A DNA stretch of 64,000 bases from NCBI RefSeq assembly GCF_009914755.1, contig NC_060929.1; one strand, 5' to 3'. Shown here in pieces: positions 15,192-30,277 of this stretch. The notes under the pieces were generated by a model. That model saw nothing but the letters and a program-made list of their open reading frames with translations. It had not been told where the DNA came from and made no database searches. The stretch comes from the human T2T-CHM13v2.0 reference genome, Homo sapiens. The position numbers were made by a program, and so were the translations under genes. Position 1 is the first letter of the stretch. Every line of letters begins with the position of its first letter.

Positions 15192-15535
15192 ACTCTGGTT
15201 TAAATGTGTCCCCTAGAATTCATGTGTTGGAAACTTAATCTCCAATGTGACAATGTTATGAGGTAGGGTCTAATGTAAGCATTTCTGTCATGAAGCTCCA
15301 CCTCATGAATAGATTAATACCATCATTATTAAAAAGGCTCTAGGAGTGCGTTCTTTCTCCTACTCTCTTTCTGTCCTTCCACCTTTCACCAGTTGAGGAC
15401 AAAGCACACCATCTTGGAATCAGAATCACCAAACCTATCAGTGCCTTAATATTAGAATTCCCAGCCTCCAGAACTGTGAGCCAGAACACCCAGTCTGTGG
15501 TATTCTGTTACAACAGCACAAACCAACCAAGACAC
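15192..15535 (+). mobile_element. MST-type MaLR solo LTR
   Basis: aattcatgtgttggaaacttaatc, ttcccagcctccagaactgtgag, tattctgttacaacagcacaaaccaaccaagaca. Confidence 0.8.
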
Positions 15536-15624
15536 ACCCATATCAATTATATTATTTACTTATTTAAATGTTTATTGAGCACAGGTACAACGCAAAATCC
15601 TTGACTACAGTAAATATAATAAGA

Positions 15625-15670
15625 CATTAAAAGTAACAGCAAAAAAGCAATTAATTTTGCACCAACCAAT
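15625..15670. mobile_element. Half MADE1 (Hsmar1 mariner MITE, single TIR)
   Basis: cattaaaagtaacagcaaaaaagcaattaattttgcaccaacc matches one arm plus the spacer of MADE1. Confidence 0.7.
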
Positions 15671-16027
15671 CCTGCTCTCATGGAATTTACAGTCTAATTG
15701 GCAAAATATAAAACAAAATATTAGCAAAGATAATCCAGCAATACATTAAAAAGATAACAGCTGCACTCCAGCTTAAGCAGTAAAGCTGGACTCTATCACT
15801 TAAAACAAGTAAAATAAAACAAGTAAGGGTGGTTTCTTCCAGGAATGCAGGCACAGTTCAATATTAGGAAGCATTCACATAATTCACTAAATTATGAAAT
15901 CAAAGGAGTAAGGCCATTTGGCTAGCATCCTGGGTGATGAATACACATTCAATAAAATTTGTCACCATTCCTGGTTTTTAAAAATCCTTATAAAACAAAA
16001 ATATATTAATATAAATTTAATTTTTCT

Positions 16028-16290
16028 GGCTCACGCCTATAATCCCAGCACTGTGGGAGGCTAAGGTGGGTGGATCACATGAGTCCAGGGATCGAGACAA
16101 ACATGATAGAATCCTGTCTCTACTAAAAATACAAAAATTAGCTGGGCGTGGCAGCACACGCCTATAATCCCAGCTACTTAGGAGGTTGAGGCATGAGAAT
16201 CACTTGAACCTAGGAGGCAGGGGTTGCAGTGACCCAAGACAGGGCTACTGCACTCCACCTGGGCAACACAGTGAGACTCTGTCTCAAAAA
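16028..16290 (+). mobile_element. AluS/J, slightly deleted
   Basis: Alu dimer motifs. Confidence 0.9.
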
Positions 16291-16420
16291 ATACATATAT
16301 TTTTCTTAATATGGAAAAAAAAGCCTGTATCATGTTTAGTGATCAGGTACTAGAAGGCTTTCACTAAAATCAGAAATAAAAATAAGGATTCCCACTAACC
16401 AGGACAAGCCCCCAAAATAA

Positions 16421-16743
<323 letters not shown>

Positions 16744-17452
16744 TAATCTTTGAAATTTAACTGAATCCAATTAAACTCTTCCCATGTGTAGTGAGTGGAA
16801 GCCTACAATTTCAACTAATCACTAAGAATTCCATCTAGGTGTGTGAGTAAAAGAGTAAGTGGCTGATGGTTTTCTAGGTATTTCAGGATCTAGTCCTCTG
16901 GTTACCCTTGTCCTTTACCATCAAGACTGACTGTGTCAACATATGGAGGATAATTCTAAAAGTAAGAGGAAGTTCTGATATCCAAATAGGAACTACTCCA
17001 CAACAGTAATGCAATGTGAATGAGCACTCTTAAAGATAAAGAAGTTGGATAAACAACAAAAGGGAAAGTAAATTCCCAATAAGGGATTGGGGTTGAGGGA
17101 AGGGTAGCTACTAAGGCCATTAAATGAAGCCACTCACTCACATTTCAGAAACTTGAGAAATTGGTTGAAGATCTGGGCCAACTGGAAGACAGACAACTAA
17201 TATCTCAACGAAGCATTCAGACCCACAGTATGAAGACTGTTGGATAAAAAGGTTAGCTGTATAAAAATGACAACTCTGTTGCCTATCTGATTTGCCTGTC
17301 ACCTTCTAGTGTTTACCGTCACATTTTATCTAAAATCAGAAACAAAGGATATGTGGTCCATGATTATTTTTTTGTTGTTATTTAGTGGCAGTAAATAAAA
17401 GAGATCCCATACTCTGATTTATAATACATCACTAGTCTATTAAAAGACATTA

Positions 17453-17814
<362 letters not shown>

Positions 17815-18542
17815 TTAATGTGGAAGAAGCTTTCCTCACGTATCTAAAATGATACAATTTTAGTCATAGTTATTACTCAGAATAAAATCCAAATAGCCTT
17901 TGTCACTAACTTGTCACTAACTCTAGTGTCGAGAGTCTAATGTCACTAACTCTGGATCAGAAAGATCCAGAGGAATACCTGCTTTTTTTTCTGACCCCAT
18001 TAGAACTACAACTAATTACAATTATACTCATCAATAAAACTGAACCTCATGAAAATCTATGGAAATTGAGTTTCCTCCCTTCATCCTAACTTGGGTATCA
18101 CAAAAAGTATTTTAAACTGACAAAAATATAATAATATACTAACCTAGTTTTATTGCATTATTTATATGTAGATGCTTATAATTTGACTACCAAACCAAGT
18201 ATCAAGATAGTTGAGATAGACAAGAAATCTCAAATTCGGGTTTAAGTTAACTGCTGATGTGCTATTACCAGACAATGACAGTGCAGGAACTATAATCTTT
18301 TTACTTGCATGTCTTAATAACTGAAAGAAAATAAGAAGGACATTTTACAAAAGGACATCTTACAAAAAGAGTAGCTCTAACAGGTGATGAGGGTCCCTTT
18401 CCCTAAAATAAAACACATGGAAAGAAACAATAGGGAAGGGAAAAAGAAACAGCCAGGTTTTTGACTCTTAGGTCATAGTAAGGATTTATCAAAATAAGTG
18501 CACCTATGTTCAAATGCAAGAATACAGTCCATTTCAGAGACA

Positions 18543-19196
18543 ATATTAGTCTGTTCTCACACTGCTATGAAGAAAAACCCAAGACTGGGCAATTTATAAA
18601 GAAAATAGGTTTAATTGACTCATAGTTCCACAGGGCTCCGGAGGCCTTAGGAAACTTACATTCATGGCAGAAGGGGAAGCAAACATGTCCTTCACATGGG
18701 GGCAGGAGAAAGAAGTGCCAAGCAAAGGGGAGAAAAACCCCTTGTAAAATCATCCAATTGGCCGGGCACAGTGGCTCATGCCTATAATCCCAGCACTTTG
18801 GGAGGCTGAGGTGGGTGGATCACTTGAGGTCAAGAGTTCGAGACCAGAGTGACAAACATGGTGAAACCTTGTCTCTACTAAATTATTAGCCAGGAGTAGT
18901 AGTGCGTGACTATAATCCCAGCTACTCAAGTGTCTGAGGCAGGAGAATCGCTTGAACCCAGGAGGCAGACGTTGTAGTGAGCCGAGATCGCACCACTGCA
19001 CTCTAGCCTGGGCAATGGGGCAAGACTCTCAAAAAAAAAAAACCATCCAATTTCATGAGAATTCATTCACTATCACAAAAACAGCATGGGGAACTGCCCC
19101 CATTATCTAATCACCTCCAATGAGGTCCCACCCCCAACACATGGGGATTAGAATTCAAGATGAGATTTTGGGTGGGGACACAGCCAAACCATATCA
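18543..19196 (-). mobile_element. THE1-type MaLR solo LTR, split by an AluS (18760-19042)
   Basis: tattagtctgttctcacactgctatgaag start and gtggggacacagccaaaccatatca end; Alu TSD aaaa(t/c)catccaatt. Confidence 0.9.
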
Positions 19197-19394
19197 TGGA
19201 CTAATATATTCATTATTTAGATTTTCAGATGCAGCAGAGAAGTCAGAAGCCTAAATCCCTTCAGTCTTTTTGTTTGTTCTTCTAAATATACAAGTAATAC
19301 ATTGCTCACTGAAAACGTTTGGAAAATAAAAGAAGGTAAGAAACATCAAATGGACAATCTGACCGCCAAGAGATGACATTTTATATCAGTCAGG

Positions 19395-19556
19395 TTTTTT
19401 TTTATTTTTTTTTTGAGATGGAGTCTCGCTCTGTTGCCCAGGCTAGAGTGCAGTGGCACGATCTCGGCTCATTGCAAGCTCCGCCTCCTGGTGAACACTA
19501 GAGTGAGTGACAAGTTAGTCAGAGTGAGACTCCGTCTCAAGAGAAAAAAAAAAAAA
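19395..19556. mobile_element. Two Alu 3' ends fused head-to-head
   Basis: Poly-T plus ~77 nt of minus-strand AluY 3' end, 28-nt filler, then cagagtgagactccgtctcaa plus A tail. Confidence 0.85.
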
Positions 19557-21049
19557 GAACAGGGCTTTATTATGCAGTTCACAAAATCATTGAGAGAATT
19601 ATAGAAACAGAATCAAAGTTAAACTCCCAGAAGCAATATCTGAAGCTACCACAGAAGGCCTGATGAAGATGATGCTTTCTTACTTTTACCATCATCCAAT
19701 GCCAAGAGCCCAACTTTATTGCAACTGCTACTGCCACCAATGCCAACACCACTCTTGCATCAAGAATGTGATCTCAGCCAGGCTTAGTGGCTCACAACTG
19801 TAATCCCAGCATTTTCAGAGGCCAAGGCACAAGGATTACTTGAGCCCAGGGGTTCAAGACCAGCCTGGGCAACGTGGTAAGACCCTGTCTCTACCAGGAA
19901 AAAAAAAAAAAAAGAAAAGGAATGTGACCTCACAACCACTGGAAAACCTATGCTACTGCTGCTACTCTCATAACCAAAAACAAGACACATTTGCCACCAC
20001 TCATACATCAAAAACGGAGATTTTAAATAGGGCCCCTTCCTGTCACTTGCCAAAGTCTCACTCACAGGTGGCTCTGATCTGAAAAGTAGAGGTCATTTGT
20101 CTGATGCCTAGCTGCAAGAGAGACTGGATATTATACACATACATATATTTATTTAATTATCCTGACAGGAAACACGGGTTCTAGATCAGAGACAGACTTT
20201 TAATTGCTCACAGAGCATCTTATGCCAGTTCCCCCGATTCCCTGTGGTGCAAAATAGTGAAAGCAGATGTCATCATCTGCTGGTGCAAGAGTTGGAAGCA
20301 AAGGAGAGGAACTCTGAAATTATCAAATGCAGAGCTTACATAGGAACTGCCAGCACATGTGCTCCTCCTTTCCTTCACAGAGAATGTAAACAAATCCCTT
20401 CTGTGGAGAGAAGAAAACGGTCTCTAGGTTTTTAAAACCCTTGAAGTATGAGCAAATGACTCAGGTTTTATTACCATTAGAATGCAAACTAATGGCTTCT
20501 TTAGGTCTACCACCTTTAGAATGTGAACAAATGGCTCTGGATCAACACACAATCTCAAACTTCAAAGGCATGTGTACCATTCATACATCCTTTAATGGAG
20601 GGGCCAAGTGTTCTATGCTCAAAAAATCATGAGTGTGCAGAAACATGAAAATATTCACAGACTATTGTTTCCCCATATGGGAGATTTACAATCTGAGCTG
20701 TAATTTGTATCATATATAAGGTTCATAACAAGGGAATTCCCAGGAAATGATTATACTCAGCCATGCATATGATAGCTGTCTACCACAATGCTGTTTAAAC
20801 ATTATGATGTTTATCATTCCTGTTTTTTTCCTACCATCTATGCTTATATTGAACCAAAGATCATCTCATATTTATACTATATTTGAAATTTTATTCTCAT
20901 ATAATTAAATTGTCCTACAAACAGTGGCGTTTCACACTTCAAATAAAATCTTAGGCTTATACATGTAAGATGTAGTCACCTGAAGCTGGATTGTTTGAAA
21001 CAGTAGTAGAAAACTAGGATCCCCACCAATTAGTCTCCTTTCTTTGTTT

Positions 21050-21210
21050 CATTGTATATTACAGTGTAATAAAAATAAAAAAAAAAAGTGCACATTAAAT
21101 GTAACATGCTTGAACCATCCCAAAACCATCCACCACCCCACCTCCAGTCCATGAAAAAAATTGTCTTCCACAGAACCTGTCCCTGGTGCCAAAAAGACTG
21201 GGGACTGCTG
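21050..21210 (+). mobile_element. MER1-type hAT-Charlie fragment
   Basis: ttgaaccatcccaaaaccatcc and terminal gtccctggtgccaaaaagactggggactgctg. Confidence 0.8.
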
Positions 21211-22336
21211 GTTTAAGCCACTCAGTCTTTGGTATTTTGTTGTAACACCCTGAAAAAACAAAAAGCCCAAGCCAACTAAGACATATCTACATACATTAAT
21301 TTCAAGGAATGCTCCCATGAAAAGGAAAACTGGGGTATCATATATATTACACTGTCATCCTGTTTCTTTTTTAAAAAAAGAGATAAAGAATACTATATCT
21401 GTGATATATTATTGTATTATATATATAGTATTATTGTAGTATATATGAACACAGAAAAACTTTTGGAAGCAAACACAACGTACTCTTAACGCTAAATATC
21501 TAAAGGTATGGGTAGGGAAGTACAGGTGTGAGGTTACCTGGAACGGGGGCAGAGATTAACTTTTGCTTTAAACACAGTTCATTTTGTTGAAATACCTAGA
21601 TTAAGAAAATGCACATCTTCCTAATCCTTTTTTTATTAGGCATTTTTAAATTAAAAATGTACTTTAGATTTTATCTAATTCTTCAGCAACAATCAATGAA
21701 ATCACAATTTCAAAAATATTGAACTAAATTGTATTTCTATAAAATATAGTACTAACTCATAAAACATGATGATAGATTTTGTGGGCCAGGATACTACTTA
21801 GAAATATTACAGTTATATTCATAAGATTAGTCTGTTTATATCTATGTGTTATTGTCAATTTTTGATATTATGCTACATTCATAAAGTAAATGGGGAGCGT
21901 TCTTTGTTTTTTCCATGACCTGTGTTAGTAAACTTGGATTCAAGTTTCATATCTGCCACTAATTATCTATGTAACCCAGTAAGAGAAGTGAGTTCACAGT
22001 TAAGAATTCAATAAAGAATGGATGGAAGTAGGGAGGCAGAGAACTCCATGTCAAGATCTCTAATAACCCTTTTTAAATTATCCTTTTGCATATAGGAAGA
22101 TCATAGTTCCTATTATATCCTATTCTATCACACAAAATCATACACCCAATGGAAGCAAATGTTCCTTCAAGTTAACTCAAGTTCTATTTGTAAATACTAT
22201 CTACAACCTCAGAGATAAGCCTCCTAGCTGTGAGGGGTACACAGCACCCTAAAACAGAAGCCAAAAAGATCCAGAGGTGTGGATATATTCTGCCAACAAA
22301 ATTATGAATAATATGCAAAGGTAAAAAAGTAAATCC

Positions 22337-22628
22337 CTTGAGAGGCTGAGGCAGGGGGATTGCTTGAAGCCAGGAGTTCAAAACCAGCCTAGACAACATG
22401 GCGAGACCCCTTCTCTTAAAAAAAGTGTTTAAAAATTAGTCAGGTGTGGTGGTACACACCCACTAGTCCCACCACTGAGGTCAGAGGCTGAGGTGGGTGG
22501 ATCGCTTTGAGCCTAGGAGTTGGAAGCTGCAGTGAGCTATAATCACACCCGTGTACTCCAGTCTAGGCAACAGAGCAAGACCCCATCTCTTAAAAAAAAA
22601 AAAAGAAAGAAAGAAAAAGAAAAAAAAA
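22337..22628 (+). mobile_element. AluJ, 5'-truncated
   Basis: AluJ motifs; TSD aaaaagtaaatc. Confidence 0.9.
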
Positions 22629-24234
22629 GTAAAAAGTAAATCACTGATTTGTTAGACCATGGGCATTTTGAATTTAACACTCAAGGGTTGTGGCTCTCCC
22701 CCAAAGGAGGAAGACATTTCAAAACATGAAATTATTTTGCTGTGGCACTAATTTAAAGCATATTTCCTGGAAAATACAGTACAGAAGTCACTTAACGAAC
22801 AGTAAGTAGAATAGCCTATTCAGAATCTACATCTCAATGAGACTGTGTTAAAATGTAAACCAACTCTGAATGCTGACAGAGATTTAAAAAACTGAAGTTT
22901 TGGATAAAATAAAAAGAATAACGACGTGTTTGGCAATAGATCAGATATATAACATAAAGCAGTCTGTAACAGCTCTATGTGGACACAAGAAAAAGTTCTC
23001 ATAAAAGTGTTTTACCCAATGAGTGCTCCCAACAGCGCTCTGCTTATCAAGCGAGAAATTAAGCTTTAGTGGACATTTTAACAGCAGTAGAGAAAGGATA
23101 TGCAACTACTCCATGGAAATATGTTTATGAAGAAAGCCAGGAGCCTCTACAAACATTTCCATATTCACCTTGGATTTATTCCTAGCAAATGTCAAGGGTC
23201 TTGTGTATAAAATTCCTGTGGGAAAGAGATTCACTGCCAAATGGTCTGGATATATTAGAATTCAAAATTAAAAGGAGGCCAAGTTAATGGGTTTGCATTA
23301 CAATTCTTTCATTCCTCAATTATGTAAGTATGAAGTTCACATACGGCTAGTTACTGATTAGGAGGGCGAAAAAACTATATTTCTTCTATAAACACAACAC
23401 TCTGGACTTGAATTCTGATTTTTGTTTCCTTTCTGCCATTTTTCTCTCATACATTTAGAGCAAAATTTTTACACTATTAAAGAAACCGAATGGATCACCT
23501 AAGTAATAACTAATAATTCTATGCAAAAAACAGGGGTGGGGGTATATGCATATTGAAGCATAGTAAGAAAAAATAACACTACATTTAGAAATAAAACCGA
23601 ATTATTTTAAACAACATTATAGATTTGGGAAACTTATGCAAAAACTGATTTAAATTTTCTTTTAACATTTTTACTTTGTAGACAAGACTATAAGAGAGAA
23701 TTGTTAAAACATTTATAAAGAGCACCTTGAGTAAACAAAAAAATAAGCAAAAGACTATATTTACAAATAAACTATATACAGTAGACTATAGCATACAGTG
23801 AGTTTTTTGTTTGCTTAGTCACACTTTTAAATCATCCTTCTGAAAACAACAGCCCACGTCCTCTGAGGAACTTCCTAATTCATGCAGTCCTCTTGTCAAT
23901 AAGGGTATCACTCTCCACCCCAACCTCAATAAAAGGGCCATCCAGGATTCTACTCTGGGAAAGAGAAACCATCTTTCTGTTAGCATAAATAAAACCAGCA
24001 GGTTATTTTTCTTTTTTGAGAACTCCTCAAAAGTTTTTATTCTTATTCTTTTTTTTAACCAGCACATTGCCTGGTATATACTGCCAGGTAGGCATTCAAT
24101 AAGCTTTTTTTTTTAATAGGCAATTTATAACACTGGGAAAATTTCATTTCAGTGAAATGATAATCATGTTTTTGGAAACACTGAAATGAAATTTCACCTT
24201 ACTTCACCTTATAAATTGTACCTCATTCTCACCT

Positions 24235-24913
24235 TGTTACAGGTAGTTAGATAGGCATGAGCAGGGCAGGAGAGAGCTCTCCCCCTAACCACTAGGAATA
24301 TCAGGTGAGGTTTGACAATTATCACACTGCCCCCTCTAAAAATGATAATTTGGCAGCCCATTCAGGGCGCCAGAGCGAGGCCATTTCCTGATGATCCACA
24401 GCTACTAACATTAAAGTGTTAGTTGAATGCAGATGCCAGGGAGAAAAAACTTCCTGGTCATGCTCACTAAGAGACAAAATGGCGAAATATGACCTTCCGG
24501 GTATACACCACCGGAAAAAGGGAAGAAAGCCTCAGACAGGCATGTATGCAACTTGCTAAACACACTGCATGAGCTCCAAGGGTAAGGGAGGCACTGCGCA
24601 TGCGGGAAACCCACCCTAACGGAAGAATCTTGGGAAAGAGGCGAACCTATAAAGCCCTAGGATCAAGGTAATACATTCTCTTTGACCTTCAGGCACCCTC
24701 TTGGATCTCTTCCAAGTAAGCTTTCCTTTCTTTCCTGTTCTAAAGCCTTTTAAATAAACTTCAACTCCTACTCTGAAACGTGCCTCGGTCTCTTTTCCTG
24801 CTTTATGTCCTTCAAAGTCTTTCTCTGAGGAGGCAAGGACTGAAGTTGCTGCAGACCCGCACAGATGTGCTGCTGGTAACTCAGGGTAACTCGGATCTCT
24901 TCCACCGGTAACA
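24235..24913 (+). mobile_element. ERV1 solo LTR, MER50-like
   Basis: TGTTAC...GTAACA termini, gcatgagcagggcaggagag start, TATA-like cctataaag, AATAAA; flanks acct/gcct. Confidence 0.75.
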
Positions 24914-25814
24914 GCCTGACTCTGATAGAAGTTTTGTCCCTGCTTTTATAAGCCACCTCAGACAGACACTGGAACATGTTAGACAACACTTAAATGCTTC
25001 GGAAGGGCATAAAAAATTCTAAAAAAAATTCAAGAGCTGTCATAATTGCTGGGAAGACTGGCTTCTGCAGCCCAGTGTGGCTTCACACTAGTCAGAAGAC
25101 ACAGATTCTGTATCCCTCCCCTACCTGGGACCTCCAGGAAAACTCCTCTGGTTGATTCTCAAGAGTCTTCCAAAAAGGCAGAGGGCAGACCAACAGACAG
25201 GGGCAGTGAACTCCTCTAACCGGTCCAGGTCTCACACAGCTGTTTATCAGCAGTTTAGCTACTAAGCATGTCATATCCTACTGGAAGTATCTCCTAGCAG
25301 GAGGATATTAATCTCCTGCTTCCTACAGATAATTTCCAGTACAGGAAAGAAGTCCATTCATAAGAGAAAATCAGACCAAAACAAAGAGAAGCATACCCCA
25401 AAAACAGAACTGCCTGAGAACCAGATCCAGCAAAGCCTGAAGCCTCTCCTACTCACTCTGAACCTCACCGGTACATGATCTATATATGTCCTCGTTTAAG
25501 TTAGTTTGAGTCGAAATTCTGTCAGTTACCCATGAAAGGGGCATGTTAACTTATTTGTATCCATCTACTAAGGCAGGCCCCTAGGAAAGCCTATTATGTA
25601 ATTAAATGAATTTATCTTCATCCAGAAAAGCTGGGGAACAGGGTTACTAATTAACTAAATCTTGCAATATACTAAAAATGTGAACAGGCAATTTTTCAAG
25701 AATTTAAAAATATATTTTAAAATAAACTTTTAGTGTTACATAAAGTAGTTTAGAATTCATCATAAAATCACTACAATTGCCACTATCATTTTACAATCGA
25801 AGTTTTCCATTTAG

Positions 25815-26070
25815 AAACAGTATACCACTGTGGTTGAGACTACTGGCTTTAGCTCTAACAAGATGGGTTCAAATTGCGGCTATGCTATGAAATAGTTATG
25901 AGATCTAAAGCAAGTTATTTAATGTCTCTGTACTTTGGTTTCCTCATCTGTTATCTAAGATGCCAATACTTATTACCTCATGGGATTTGGGGAAAGATAA
26001 TACATGTAAATACATGTAAAACATTTGTAATCGGGCCTGCTCCATCAAAGCACTCAATGCATTAGCTATT
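25815..26070 (-). mobile_element. MIR
   Basis: gcaagttatttaatgtctctgtactttggtttcctcatctg core. Confidence 0.8.
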
Positions 26071-26599
26071 TTTTAGAATTGTGTTATGTATTTTAGTCTC
26101 ATCTAAAAACAATGTCTGCATTTTGGTCAAAGGGAATAAAAACTATAAAGAATTTAAGTTTAAAACCTCAGAAGTCAGGGTTCCATTGTTATTCTTCACT
26201 AAGTGTATGGCTTGTATGCACCCAACAACAGAGCAGATAACACAAAAACTACTGGGAATGCAGGGATAACATCGTTAAAAATACATAAGCACTAAAGCTT
26301 TTCATAATCCTTTTACAGTATCAAACAGTCCAAGTATACCAAAAAATAAAAACATAAAGAAAAATACAATTAACAAACTTAAAAGCAATAGTATGAATGT
26401 TTACATCCCTAAATAGAGAATGTACATTTTTATAGTAATAGAACATGAACAAAAATCTACCAGGTACCTATTCACACAGAAATCATAAACTTATTCAAAA
26501 TAGCGTGGCTAATGCTCTTTTATCACGATTCCAAAAATCAGAAATAAAAGTAAAATAATGATGAAAAGTGTTAAAACACTTAAGAATTAAGAACTCATT

Positions 26600-27620
<1,021 letters not shown>

Positions 27621-27697
27621 AGAATTCATTGATAATCCATGGGTAGAAAGAAATCAAAACAACTTATATCAATGTTACTGATAAAAGAACACTTTAA

Positions 27698-27934
<237 letters not shown>

Positions 27935-27973
27935 TAGCAGAACTCAGAAATCTTAATAAAGAAATTTAGTACT

Positions 27974-28366
27974 TGTTTTAGTCAGCTTAGGCTGTTGTAA
28001 CATTCATTTCTCACAGTTCTAGAAGCTGGGAAGTCTGAATCAGAGCACCTGCATGGTCACGGTCCTGGTGAGAGCTCTCTTCCTGGCTTGCAAATGGAAG
28101 TCTTCTTGCTGTGTCCTCACATGCAGAGAGAGACAGAGAAAGAGAGAGAGAGAGACAAAGAGAGACGGAGAGAGACAGAGAGCAAAAAGGAAGTATCTCT
28201 CATGTCTCTTCTTCTAAAGGTACTAATCCCATCATGAGGGCTCTGCCTTCATAATCTAATCACCTCCCAAAGGTCCCATCTCCAAATACCATTATATTGG
28301 AAGTTAGGGCTCCAATATATGCATGGGGTCGGGGGAGGGACAGGGAACACAATTCAGTCTACAGAA
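27974..28366 (-). mobile_element. MLT1-type MaLR solo LTR with GA repeat
   Basis: tctcacagttctagaagctgggaagtc, cacctcccaaaggtcccatctccaaatacc. Confidence 0.8.
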
Positions 28367-29606
28367 GTACTCTTAGTAAAAATCTTATAAAATCAGAAGA
28401 ATAATAGAAGAAAATAAGCCCAAAAAGATGAAATATAAAATTGGTCGAGAAAAAAGTTCAACGTAATGAAATAAAAATAAACTATAATAGCCAATATAAA
28501 CAACCTAAAAGCTTATATTTTAAAAGTTCTATAAAATAGAGAAACCCCTTTTGAATCTGTTTGTGTAAAAAACGTTTGTGTATGTGTGTGTGTCTATGTC
28601 TGTGTGTGTATGATTAAAAACAAGAAAAAAATGCATTCCTGAGTAATTAAAATAATTATTTAAGACTGTATATAAGTATATGGCAACCAATCTGCTAACT
28701 TAGAGAAAAGAGATAATTCCCTAGAGAAATATAAAAGTTATTAAAAACTGATCTAAATAGAAGTAGAAAGCTTGAATAATTTCCTTAGAAGAGTTTGAAA
28801 GAAGAATTTAAAAGCTACCATTTTTAAAGAGAACAGAACCAAGTGATTTCACCAATGAGTTCCATCTAATTTCTAAGGTGCAAGGAATTCTAGTATTATT
28901 TAAACTATTCCAGGTCATAGAAAAATATTAAAATCTCTCCAATTTACTTTGGAAGTTAACATTATTTTAATAACCAAACATGACAGTGGACCAAAAATAC
29001 ACATAATTCAATGCCACTAAATAAAATATAATTTTCAGCAATATATCAAAAATGTTTAATAGTTTACTCAGTTGAGTCCATTCCAGGAATATAAGAATGG
29101 ACCAATATTAAGAAAGGTGTCTTCATAATTAATTACATCAAAAAACTGAAGAATAAACCATATAACTGTAATAATGAATGACAAAAAGTATTTAATAAAA
29201 ACTTAGTCATTCCTAGTAAGAACTAGGTAATTCAGTAACCAAATAATAGTATTTAAATAAGATAATGCTTCTTAACAAAACACATTAATACATATAAAAA
29301 TAATCCTTAGACTTCTCTGATTAAATGTCTAAGAGACTCTTAATATAGCCAAATGCCTCAACTACAGTAAAATTTGGCAGTAGGAGAGAAGAAATGACAA
29401 ATTTGAAATTTTATATATATATTCAAAATACATATATATTCAAACTCATAAACATAAGCATACATATATCTAGGTACTATATATTCACACATAGAAATAC
29501 CACCAAATTCATATATAAAAATCTATGTGTATCCCTTCACAGAAAACATACACAATATACCTAATTATATATTTATATTTATTCTCTGTTAAAATTACTA
29601 GTTTAC

Positions 29607-29799
29607 CTGTTTGGGATGTCGGAACAAGGAGTTCTTATAGAAAATGTCCTTAGCCTGGCTCCATGTACCATCAATGATGATGATTGTAGAAGGATAAACA
29701 GGAGAATCTAATATAAATTCTTCCAAATTAGCAGCTTCAGCCCCTGGATATAATATTAATGTACCAGACTTCCGGCAAACAGTTGAAAGTTCAGGATCT
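29607..29799 (-). CDS. DTWD2: DTWD2 coding exon (probably exon 4), 193 nt, carrying the DXTW motif
   Basis: ttttcag|AGATCCTGAA...CCCAAACAG|gtaaac. Translates [67 protein letters not shown] and DGTW are DTW/TapT family hallmarks. Confidence 0.98.
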
Positions 29800-30277
29800 C
29801 TGAAAAAGTTTTTTAAAAATATATCTTTATTAGCTTGTGAGGAAAAAAGGTTTTATTATGCTTACTGAATTTCCTAATAAAAGTTTCCCTATATGTAGTC
29901 ATTTGTCTAATCAAATATAAGTATTAGTTTATAAAGTATGAATTAAAAAGACTCAAAATTTTGTGTACTCTCTACTGATGTATTCACCACAATTCTGCCA
30001 CTCTCCTCTAGGCTTTCCAATCCTCACTATTCTTCTCTATCAAAGCTTTTCTATCCAACTGCCAGTGACATAACTTTAGCCCTTCCAAAGAATTCTTCCT
30101 TTCCTCACTAATACTTCATGTGTAATCTGATCCACTTTATCAAAGTAAACAACTGGCACTGCCTAACAATCCTAGCACAAACAATCCTAACAATCCCAAG
30201 GCAAAATCGAGTAGCAATGGAAGAACCATAAAGAGAAGTTCGGTTGCATAGGCAAGCCACATTCTCAAATTCACCTT

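Noticed and set aside
17901-17953. CRISPR-like repeat-spacer pattern
   Set aside because: Only three 11-13 nt copies with irregular spacing, in primate DNA with no cas genes.
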